DNA from: Lama guanicoe
Lineage: Eukaryota
Reading direction: 5' to 3'
DNA length: 64,000 bases
Assembly (NCBI GenBank): GCA_013239625.1
Contig: MU054323.1
Coordinates: 1,612,001-1,676,000 of the forward strand
A model generated the notes under the pieces. The model saw only the letters and a list, made by a program, of their open reading frames with translations. It was not told where the DNA came from and searched no databases. A program made the position numbers and the translations under genes. Shown here one piece after another: positions 53,491 to 64,000 of this stretch. Every line of letters starts with the position of its first letter. Positions within the stretch are counted from its first letter, which is position 1.

Positions 53491-54186
53491 ATTACTCTCT
53501 TTTTTTGAGCAAAGATAATCACCCTGGCATTCTCCAAGACCCACCCACCTTTTGCTCTAATCAACCTTGTAAATCCAGTGATTGCAGAAATTAACTATCA
53601 CCCTTGCACAAAGTCTGGACTCATAAAAGGACAAATACGTAGGAAAAGGCTAGAAAGAAAAAAAAAAGTCCACCTGTTGGCAAATGGAGCTGACAAGAAA
53701 GCTTGTCTGATTTGGTTTGGATTTTGGGTGAAATGATTTGTTTCCACTCTGACAGTCAGGTTTGGGATTCGTGTTTACACTCCCTTATGGTCCACAGGAC
53801 CACCTAGCCAAGGCGTTAACCTAAACGTGGTCTCTGGATAAGAAGACTTCTGAGAAAATTATTCTGAAAGCAGGCCTTGTAGATGTGTTGGATGAGTGGG
53901 TTAGTGTGTTTATTCGGTTGAGAGTGAGGTTCCCTTATGCTGTTGGAAGGAACCAGAATGGGAAGGCAAGAGTGTCTGGGGACGTTGATCTGTGCCCCTG
54001 TCCTGGCCCACAGATGTTAGGGCTAGAGCTGGATCTATGGGTTACTTTACAAACCAATTTTGCCAATCAGAGCCCATCTTTGGAGTTTGTGTTGAATCCG
54101 GTCAATTGGCCTAACTTGCCATTTGGTGAAAATTTTCTGTTGACCGTGAGATTTTCAGTGGCAAGGACCATGTACGGTTATGTATC

Positions 54187-55245
54187 TGTAGTGAGATAAT
54201 ATTTTAACATATTAATCAGAGTGCTTCTCCCTTCCACATTTTGTGTTCACAGTCTTTCCCCTATTTAGTCAGAGGCTAGGATAAGCATTGTTGTTACAAG
54301 AATGCAGAGAGAAAGAAATGTCAGAGTTTCACTTTTGACTTGCAAAATAGGCTCTCAAAGCCCATAACGATAATTTCCAGGGAAAGAGATTCATTACAGA
54401 AGCTCAGGAGCCGAGGTTCTGGCACAGACAGTAGACTGGGAAAGAGCGTAGATAAGGTACCAGTTTACCTGCATAGAGTTGAGAGAGCAAAGCTATCAGA
54501 TGATAAAAAGACCTTTGGGACTTAGATCTGAGAGAGTTGATAAAAACCCTAAGAATGGGAGGAAGATGGGTGGTCCCAGGTGAGTTTGGAAGGATCTGAG
54601 ATCAAAGGATACCAGTATCCATTTTTGAAAACCACATAGAGATATGTGCTCTCAGCATGGTGCTCAAGCCAAAGATTAGTGGCAGCTGAGTGAGCTGTCC
54701 CAGCACGTGGGACTATGTGTACCTTCCAGGGTGCCTTCCGGCCCATGTAGTGCAGGAAAATGGACTGGGAGTTTCTGAATCCTGCAGGGATACTGCAGAA
54801 GTGTTGTAAGTGGGGTGATGGCCCCAACGCACTAGGGCCACAACCATGAGGGAGCAGAATGCATTCAACAACAACTGAGGGTCCAGCAAAAACATGGAGA
54901 CCAGTGATGAGTGATGATGGTGATAGATGGACGTCAAGCAGTGGGAAGTCCATCCCAGTGGAGGCCTACTGTGGAGACTTTACTCCACTTATTCCCACTG
55001 CTGGGATGATACACAACCCTCCACGGATCACAGAGGCCTCAGAGGATCAGGGAAAGATGGCAGGGGAGGAGCCTGAGTTGACAGAATTTTACTCTAGGAA
55101 TCACCAGATTTTCCTGGAATTACCAGGATTGTTTTCTGTGGCCATGCAGATGTGCATTCTTAAGAGTGAAGTCAATGAGCAAGAAATAAAGAACATAAAA
55201 AAAAATTTGCAGCTCTGAATCTGAGTCCTTGAAATTCACGTTCAA
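54187..55245 (+). mobile_element. Possible MamGypLTR-like LTR
   Basis: Starts TGTAGTGAGATAATATTTTAACATATTAAT; ends with AATAAA...tttgcagctctgaatctgag...aaattcac, resembling recalled mammalian Gypsy LTR ends. Confidence 0.4.
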
Positions 55246-56222
55246 TAATCCTGGGTCTTTGCACTGAACCAGGTATGAGGTCAATGTTCAGAAAACATTT
55301 GTTGACTAGGGGAGTAAGGGAATAGAAACGTAGCTCTTTGGATTGTTAAGAAGAGCAGATTTGGAAGACGTGTTGCCAGGCTCCTTGCCTAAGGGATCCT
55401 GCCTGTCATCATTTGGCAGGACTTGGAAACTCTGTCCTGGGATGGTTTACACATGACGAGAATGCCGCTCAATTAGTCACTCATAACCTAGTAATTTATT
55501 GTGAGAACAGAAGGGTGTGCTTTGAAGTTTATGTGGGATTTATACTGATACTCCTCATTATCCAACTAGGAATTTATTTTGTTTATGAGAAATTCCCCTT
55601 TATATACAGAATAGGAGCATGGGTACTGAGGGACAGAAAGGAAAGTGGATGATAATTCATGTTTATTACTCCCTCTTGTGCTTGGTGGGGCACTAAAGCC
55701 TCATCATACACTTTTAAGTGAGCATTATTATTACCCTGTTTCATATGGTTAAACTGTAGCCGTGCTTAGTACACTTGGCACTCGGCAGACCTTCAAGTGC
55801 AAGTTGAAGGAGTTAATGAATGAAAGTAGAGTCACATGCTCAAGGTAGCACAGGTGGTAAGTGGGCGAGCCTGGACGCAACTCTGAAACCTGTGTGTTTA
55901 AAGCCCTCTTTCTCTGTCCTCTTGGCTCTCTCAGTCAGCATTATTTTGATTCTCCAAAGTACTTGGGCTTAAGCATCCTTCCTCAAAGCAGGAGAAAAAG
56001 AGAAGATGCATGAAGCCTCAGACAGAGTTCAAGGTGGACAAGATGGAAGTTGAGGGACCACACCTTCATGGTCTCTTTCTTCTCAGTCATTAGGTGACCA
56101 GGTCATCTGCTAAGGATGAGACCCAGAGATTGGGTTGGGATGGAGACATTCCAGGGTTTAGAGTGGAGAAGATTTGGATGGGGTCCTATGGGATATGTTA
56201 AAAAATTAAAATAAATTTTTTT

Positions 56223-56326
56223 GGGGGATGGATATAGCTCAGTGGTGGAGCACATGCTTAGCAGGCACGAGGTCCTGGGTTCAATCCCAAGTCCCTCTGT
56301 TAAAAAATAATAAAACAAATTAAAAC
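56223..56326 (+). mobile_element. tRNA-Ala-derived SINE (camelid Vic-1-like)
   Basis: A box tagctcagtgg, TTAGCA anticodon loop, B box ggttcaatcc, A-rich tail; flanking repeat aattaaaataaat at 56204-56216 and 56327-56339. Confidence 0.85.
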
Positions 56327-56679
56327 AATTAAAATAAATGTTTGAATAAAAGATTAGCTGATATGGAGGCCACGAATTGCACAGATCCCACCTTTGCTTG
56401 AGATGCCTCCACTGAGTCTGGGAGTCCTCTCTGAAACTATGGAGGGGTGAGGACTATTAGCAGCTGGTGATTAACCCCTCACAGTCTAATGCATGGCTTG
56501 TCCAGATGCTTTCCTATGGGCGTGGTTAGTGAAAGAAATATGGGGTGTCCTATCATGGGGTGTAAAGACATTTTGATGGGGTGGGAGGAAGGAGGCAGTC
56601 AGAGAGATCCCAGCATGCATTGTGGTAATGGAGACTGAGGTCAGAGGAGAGGATTCTAGACACAGAGGCGAGGGTGTGG

Positions 56680-56690
56680 CTGTGTGTGTA

Positions 56691-56732
<42 letters not shown>
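56680..56732. repeat. (TG)n microsatellite
   Basis: Direct reading. Confidence 0.95.
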
Positions 56733-56735
<3 letters not shown>

Positions 56736-57257
56736 GAGTGCATTCACCACTTGGCTTGGCTTAACCTTGGTAAGCTTTCAGGGAACAGACATATATTTTA
56801 TGGTCCACGAAGTGCTTTCGTGTTTATTATTTCATTTGCTCCACATGATCACCCTCTGAAGGAGAAAATTTTCTTAACAGAGGAGGAAACCAGGGCTGAA
56901 AAGCTAAGTGACTTGCTCCCAGGGCTCCCCACAGGGTACATACAGCAGGATGAGAACCCCAGTCTGTCTGTCTCTCACATTTGTGCCCCCTCCACCCTCT
57001 CCCCCAAATATGCCCAGAGTGGAGGCCTGTCCTTTCTGTCCCCAGACTTCACAGATACCAAGTGGGGGCCCTTTCTGACCCCCATGTGTGCCTTCTCTCC
57101 AGTTCACATGTGCCATCCAGACCGCATGAGGACCTCGTTCCTGACTCTTCTGCACTGCAGATGCCTTCTGCAGTGCTTAGGGATTCAAAACATAGTTCAT
57201 TCTCAAGTAAACAATGCCAGACTTTTTGGATAAACTTGGTGACTTAAAAATGATTAA

Positions 57258-57490
57258 GTAACAAACTTATGGGTATCGGGGCGGGGTTGGGGGGAAGGGG
57301 ATGAGAAGGAATAAATTGGGAATTCTAGATTTGCAAATACTAACTAATATACATAAAATAGATAAACAACAAGTTTATACTGTATAGCACAGGGAATTAT
57401 ATTCAATATCTTGTAGTGGCCCATGGTGAAAAGAATATGAAAACGAATATATGTATGTTCCTGTATGACTGGAGTATTGTACTGTACACT
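57258..57490 (+). mobile_element. L1 3'UTR fragment lacking its poly-A end
   Basis: caaacttatgg...gataaacaacaagtttatactgtatagcacaggg...tgtactgtacac, then abrupt loss of similarity. Confidence 0.8.
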
Positions 57491-58099
57491 ACCAACTGCT
57501 GGGACAGATCTGGGAGTATTCTCAGGTGTTGCTATGATGTAAACATTTTTAGAATAATCTTAGATTTTATGCTAAAGATGAGGAATGATGTATGAAAATT
57601 TACCTTTATCAGGCGCTTGCTAACAGCAGTGTAGACAAATGCTTTAGATCCTCTTCCAAAAGAGAGGGGGCAGGCTTATGGAAACAAAGAAGCATGGGAC
57701 CAGGGTCAGAGGGGCTCCAAACACCTGTTCTGCAGCCATCTGCATCCCCACCTGGCCGTCCATGAGCCAAATGAACGTGCTGGAAGAAGATGTTTTCTGT
57801 TCTCCTATGCCGTCCCTGATGGCGACTACCCACTCCTTCAACCAGACCTCCCTGTAAGGTGCAGGTTTCAGCTTCTTCTAAAAGCCTACCAGATACTGTA
57901 AGCATTGCTCCCTTATCTCTAACTCCCACTGTGGGTTTCCATCAAACGAAAACAATGAGAAAACCCAGACACCATCCATCGGGTGCCTCGGTGTAAGAGA
58001 AAGTCTTTTCCCCTTTTCCGTGCGTCCCTTTACCCACATCCCCTCTCGTGTGCATGGCTCAAGGCCTGGAACTTAACTATGTGTGGTCCTTCTCGTCTG

Positions 58100-60350
58100 A
58101 GGCGAGCGATCGGCAGGTACTGGGCTGGGGGCAGCTGGCAGATTGCGTGATATGGGGCGGGAACCCAGGGAACACTGGGCGCCTACAGCTTGGAGCAGCT
58201 GGCTCCGAGGAATTACTGCAAGTCTGCACAACTTAAAAATCTGCAATTCGGGGGCGGGAGGGGGAGCGCGGGGGTGGGTCCCCGAGCTTCCCATTTCTCC
58301 TCGGGCGATTCACTGAGCGTTCTCGCTCACTGCAGAGGGGTGGCCGACGCCTTCCCGACCACACGCTGCCCTCGCTGAGTTTGTGGTTTGTTCCTCAACC
58401 TCGGCCCAAGTCATCTCCCTCTGACCCCCTCTTCCAGTCTTCGGCAAGGGGGCCCGACTCGTCCTCCTTCCGCTCAGTCTATGTCACCTCTTCTGACCTG
58501 GTAAGTCGAGGAACGGAGAATGTAAACCAATCTTGCTCTGCACTGTGCAAGGAGTCTTAAGGCAGCGGGGCTGGTGGTAAAGAGGCAGGACCAGGGGCTG
58601 TTTCCTCCTTCGCACTTTGTTTGAAAACAACTTGGGGGCCTCGATACTTCCTAAGACAATCCCGGCAAATTCACAGTGTCGCCTGAGCCGCGACTTTCAA
58701 GAGGGTGTTGCCTCCTCCAGGTCGCGGACGAGGTCGACTGTCTCGCACACGGTCAAGGTGCTCCCAGCCGCCGAGGGTGCGCAGGTGGGAGGCGCAGGGA
58801 GTGCTCCGGGTCCTACTTGGACCCGACGCGCCGCTCCGGGGGTGACTCTGCACTTGGGCCTGGACAGGGGCGCGCGCCCCGCGGGGCCGCCTCTCTGTTC
58901 ATCCATCAGTCCTCGCGTCGCGCGACCAGAGCCCCAGCAACTCCCCGCGGCGAAGCGCCGCGCCCTCGGCCCCGGGAGCATCAACTGCAAGCCCGAAGCG
59001 AGGTGGCGGGCGGAGCTGGGACCAACGGGGCGGCGGCCGAGCGGCCAGTCCCGCCCAGCCCCGCCCCGCCCCGCCGGCGGCTCCCGGCCGCTGCGCTCCT
59101 GCCGGGCGGGACCGACCCACGGACCGACGCCGGCCACTCCGCTCTCCTCGCCGCCGCCGCGGCGGGCGCGGGGCCGCGCGGAGACGCCAGATCCCTGCAG
59201 CGCGGGCGGGCGGCGTCGCAGAGCGGAGCCAGCTAGAAGCGCCCGGACTCCTGCAGGTACCTGCTTGTGTCCCCACCTCCCCGCGCGCTCCTGGAGACTT
59301 CTCCATGCGACCCCACAACTTTCCCCACCTTTTGCTGCCCAGTCCCTCTGCGGCCCAGCCCACGGGTGCACGACCCTGCAGATCTACACCCGCAGGAGAC
59401 TCTGCATCCTGCTGGGCGCCTAGTCTCCGGCTTTCCCCATCCTCTGGTCCCCCGCGCCCGTCGTCGCTGAAGCCCTAAGGATCCGCCTGTTGCTTGAGCT
59501 GCCGGCAGCGGAGACAGTGTCTAGGTCCCTCGGAAAGCCGCAGGGAGGGTGTCTAGAATCCAGTCTTAGACGTGGGGTGGAGGACGGACTGGAGGCGGGA
59601 GAATCGAGAGGCCGGGAAAAGGCGGCACTTCGCGGAGGGGCATCCCTGGGGCGTTTCCTTAGCCGGGAAGCCGTTGCTTCTCTTTCTCGAGAGGAGGCGC
59701 TTTCCCAACGAATGTAAGTGCTTCCCAGACCGCCTGCTCCGCCTTCTTCTTTGTCACTCCCCCTCCCCTTTGCCCTGCCGCGGTGCAAGGCGCCCCGCGA
59801 CAGCTGCAGGCAAGAGCGCACCCAGGGCCCTTGCTCCGGGGCGGCGCTGCGCCCAGGAACTGCAGGCGCGCTCCGGGTGGGAAGTGCTTGGGGCTTACAG
59901 GGCTCGTGTGGAGTCGCCCGCAGACTCTGCGTTTGGATCAGTGGTAGTGATGGGAGTGGGTGCCCCGGGGTTGGGAACTTCCCATTCGCGGGTCCCTCTG
60001 GGTGGCTGCCCGACTTTTTGAGGTGAATCGGCTGGCGAGCGAGCCAGACCTGCCGGCAGGGGCCGCGGCAAGCCAGGCCGGGCGCTTTTCGCATTGCAGG
60101 GATCATTCTGGCCTCCCGTTCCCCCGCCCCCCAACCCCCCCGCTTCCCCTGCTCTGTCTCCTGCCGTCCTTTTTTGGGGAAAGGAGCACCGTTTGCGCCC
60201 TTGGTGTCTCTAGCATCTCGGCGGAGACACTGGGCCAGTAGTCTAACTCAGGCAGCCCGTGACAGGGATGGAGGGCAGCAAAGAACAGCCTCCAGCCGCC
60301 GGAGTGACCCGGGGCCCTGGTTTGATGCTGGGGCGTGTGGGGGGTGGGGC
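58100..60350 (+). promoter_or_regulatory. KCNS3: CpG island promoter, probably of KCNS3 (non-coding first exon region)
   Basis: Dense CpG/GC; tandem GC boxes ccccgccccgccccgcc (~59058-59076); candidate donor CAG|GTACCT at 59256/59257. The gene name rests only on recalled GEN1-MSGN1-KCNS3 synteny; no KCNS3 CDS is in the window. Confidence 0.7.
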
Positions 60351-62023
60351 TGTTTCTCATCGTCCTCCTGGAGAGTAGACTTGTGGTTCCGCCCGATTCT
60401 TGGTTTTTGTCTTTCATTTCACCCTCCCAGAGTGTGGCAGCTGAGGAAAACCAGAACAGAAACCTCCCGTCCCTTTTCATGTATTTGCTTAAGTGATTTG
60501 CATTAGCATTCACTTCGAAATGTGCAAGTTATCCCTAGTTGCTCCCCTTTCTAGACTGCTTGCAAATTCCTGCCCAGGTAAACAGGAAGCACGCATTTTC
60601 CTGAGCACCTGCCCCCTGGCTAAAGGCGTATGCCCTGGTGCCTCTCTCTCCTCATGTGTCTCAGATGACAGAGGGTGGCACTGATTCTGTGATTGCACTT
60701 GGTGTACTGGGTGGGTCTCACGCTTCATCTGGGTTGTGAAACTGCTTGGGTACATTGATTCATTTAGTAGGTGTTTACAGCCAGCCCACCGTCTCTGGGG
60801 CAGGCCTCGGTAGTACACAGCACATGCTTCTGCTCCCAGTCTATTTTTTCTCACCGGATTCCTTCCTTCTCCTGTTCTAGTATTGTCAGTCATTTCAGAA
60901 CCAGGACTTGTCAATATTGGGGTAGGGAGGGGACGATACTGAAGTCCTCAAGAACTCTGAATCCAGAGCATGTTGTGAATATTCTAAGGAGACTTGCAGG
61001 ATCTGTTTTGACTCAATCTTGTGTCTGAGCCATTATTATCTGGAAAATCAGCCCGAATAAGGAAAGCCATTAATGAATGCGGCAAAGCTAAGGTTTTGCT
61101 GGTCAAGTGCATGAGAACAAATTGGGAGGTTGGAAGCAGTCTTTGTCCTGTTCAGAAATGTTAAAATATTAAAAATCAAATGCTCTGATGCTGGAGTTTG
61201 CCAGCAAAGCACCGGCTGAGTTTTTTTTTCTTCTTCCTTAGTATTGTTTCTTTAGAAAAGGAGGGGATGAGTGGGTTTTCCAACCCCCTCTTCTGTCTTC
61301 AGTGAATGTTGCCCTTCACTGTAATCCTTCAGCCTCTGCTTCCCTCTGTTGCACCAGAGATCTCCATCTGCCTCGTGTCTGGCATTTGGGGCTGGGATGT
61401 GTGTCAGCTCAGAGAGCAGGCACCACAGGGTTTTCCTCCTCCTCTTCTTCCTTTTTTAATAGGTAACATTTGTTGGCTGCATACTGTATGCCAGCTACTC
61501 TGCTCGGCACTTTGCCAGGCATTATCTCATTTAATCTTCACAACAACCCCATTAGGAAGCGAGGCTTCCCTTCATTGCAGGGCTTCTGTGGGAGCCCTGC
61601 AGGGCCTTCTGCCTCGGAGGGGAGACAATGAGACGGGGCGGGGCTTGAGGGTCTCTGGCAGGTGGGCGGGGACAGCTGCCCAGGGAGGCAGGTGGCTGTG
61701 CTTGTTGTCCCTTCTTCTCAGGTGTCAGGAAGGGAGATCTGCCAGGGTGAAAAAACAAGGAGACATCGCAGAGAACAGACTAGGACTGGAGACCTGGGCT
61801 TCAGCCCGATTTCTACCTGCTTATGGCTCCTTGAGTTGACATAAGCCACTTTGCTTCTCTGAGTCGCAGTCTATTTGGCTGCATGGATCTAGACATCTGA
61901 TGTTTGTTGTTACCCTGTACTGGGTACGATGCTGGAAGCTCTCCTTGTATTAACTCATTTCATCCTGATGACAATCTTAGGAGGTAAGCTCTTTTATTAC
62001 CCTATTTTATTTTATTTTATTTT

Positions 62024-62210
62024 TGGCTTAAAACAACAGAAACTTATCCTCTCACAGTTCCGGAGGCTAGAAGTTCAAATCAAGAATGCCCACAGGGCTA
62101 CACTCCCTCCAAACGCTCTGCGGGCAATTTGTCTTTGCCCATTTTAACTTTTGGTGGCTCCAGGCATTCCTTGGCTTATTGCTATATTACTCTGATCTCT
62201 GCTTCCATGA
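62024..62210 (-). mobile_element. MLT1 (MaLR) LTR fragment
   Basis: ggcttaaaacaacagaaacttatcctctcacagttccggaggctagaagttcaaatcaag. Confidence 0.8.
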
Positions 62211-63734
62211 ATTTCCCTATTATAGTTGAAGAAAAAGAAAGTAATGAGTATTGTATGTGAAGTCATGTAACAAGGACGACAGGATTCTATCGTTGACAGT
62301 CTGGGTGTGGAGTCACTGTGGGAGTCACTGTGAGATTCTGTTTTTTGTTTATCCCTAGAGCCCTGACGCTGTGTCCTGTGCTTCGTAGCCCTCAGACTGG
62401 GCTTGTTGGACAGTGACAGGGCGAGGTGGTCTGCAGTTACCAATTGACTCTTTGGCCCCCATCTCACCTTAAAAAGAACCTTGAAAACTATACTAGAAAA
62501 ATGTTCTTTCTGCTTTTTCCAGAATTTTCTTCTTTATGATGGAATTCTGCCCAATGGATTGGGAAAAAGGGAGACAGACCACAAAGATCATGGGCTAGGT
62601 AAACTATGGTTATTTCCGGAAAACATGTTTATTATCAGTGAGAAACCCAGAAAAATCACAGAAGGCTGCACTCTGAGTCGAATCCATCAAAAAAGCCAAC
62701 CAGCAAACCAACTCATAAGACATTATTGTGTGGTGCCCTGTGCCCCGTACTACAGACACCAAGGGCGGGCAGAATCTAAGACATGATCTCTGAACTTGAA
62801 TTTACAGCAGGCCTGGAAACTCAAGATTAACCAGCCCAAGACAGGACAATACAAGATGCTAAATATGAGTGTGGCAAGCAGCAGGCAGAGCGGGGGTTAG
62901 GAAGCCCAAGCTGCAGATGAAGAAAATAAGGCAAAGGGAGCCCTGGACTTGGTCTTAGCCAGGGGTCTTCTGACACCAAGTCCATCATTTTCAGGTTTCA
63001 CAAGGAGAGCAGTGGAAGCAGAGCATCCTTGGAGGTGGTGGAGTTTGAATTTCATCCTGCAGCTGGCTTTTGGTGACTGCTCTAAGTCAAGGTGCTTAGC
63101 AAGGGCAAGGAAGGAGGAGAAAGTACTTTATGCTGTTGCCTTATTTTTGCACTCAGGGACCTGGTATGTGAAACTCAGAGAGAAATCCCGAGTAGGATGA
63201 ACACAGTCACAATGTTTAGAATGTGCAGTCGAATGTGGGAGCAGATGTAGAAGAATTTCCATCCCATTTTTTAAAAATCATTTCTCTGGGTCACTTTTGC
63301 AACTTTGCAACACATGTACACCTATCCCTTATAAAAGTAAACCTTCTTGCTAAGCTATAAATAGTTCCTAGCTTAGTTGCAGCATTTTTCTTTGTGGGCA
63401 AGGGTGGGGGTCTCACTCTTTGGAATCCTACAGAATCTTGTACCATGGTTCGCTTGGAGCAGATACCCTGTAAATTGTCTTTAATTACACAAGTGTTGGA
63501 TGATAAAGGCCTGAGACCTGCTTTTAGCCGGTCATGTTACACGTAGGAGGTTAATGTTGACAGCAGCTGGCTTCAGTGTGCTTGCTGAAGTCCCCAGGGA
63601 TCGAAGCACCCTGCTGATCTTCCTGTGCAGATCAACTGAGCTCAACTGAGCACCCAGCAGATGCTCAGCAGTGCTGACTTAATGATTAACTTTTTAGGGC
63701 ATATATGGCCTCTTTACATATACAAATATATACA

Positions 63735-64000
63735 GGCATTTATTCAACACGTGTTTGGGTACTTACCCGATGTTGGGTACTGTGCTAGGAGTTGGGGGAG
63801 GAGGCAGACATTAAACAATGGATGCGAACATTTGAGTAGTGGCGACTGTTCTAAAGACCTTCACGGGGGAAGGACAGAAGGGTGGGGAGGGCGCCAGTTT
63901 GGACAGAAGAGCTGGGAAGACCTTTCTGAAGAAAAGACTTTTCATTTTGAGAGACAGAGAGGAGTTTATCACTTGAAAAGTCAGAGATAGAGATTTCCAG
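63735..64000 (-). mobile_element. L2 3' fragment
   Basis: catttattcaacacgtgtttgggtactt...gtactgtgctagg...ggaagacctttctgaaga. Confidence 0.6.

Noticed and set aside
56223..56298. tRNA-Ala gene
   Set aside because: Imperfect stems, A-rich tail and flanking direct repeat indicate a SINE
58617..60106. Several 150-268 aa ORFs on both strands
   Set aside because: Arg/Pro/Ala/Gly-rich stop-poor frames typical of a CpG island; no potassium-channel or other domain
1..64000. CRISPR arrays, operons or prokaryotic systems
   Set aside because: The sequence is mammalian and contains no regularly spaced repeat-spacer array

Overview
Mammalian genomic DNA, very likely camelid: it carries tRNA-Ala-derived Vic-1-type SINEs and camelid/artiodactyl-type L1 3' ends. 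The only supportable intact protein-coding gene is single-exon MSGN1 (mesogenin 1, bHLH, 193 aa, 27277-27858, +), with a TATA-like box and T-box, TCF and RBPJ motifs upstream. A large CpG island at about 58.1-60.35 kb is, by recalled mammalian synteny (GEN1-MSGN1-KCNS3), probably the KCNS3 promoter with non-coding first exon(s). The rest is intergenic and repeat-rich (L1, L2, MIR, MER DNA transposons, ERV/MaLR LTRs). The most notable observations are: a decayed but readable Gypsy/Ty3-type pol (RT plus RNase H) at about 50.9-52.8 kb with candidate Gypsy-type LTRs on both sides; a young L1 with a 17-bp TSD carrying a 3' transduction of ERV-LTR-like sequence; an L1 with a twin-priming 5' inversion; and a probable ancient non-L1 (RTE-X/L4-like) LINE RT remnant at about 42-43.5 kb. 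Repeat family names come from recalled consensus sequences, not from a search, and boundaries of old repeats are approximate.
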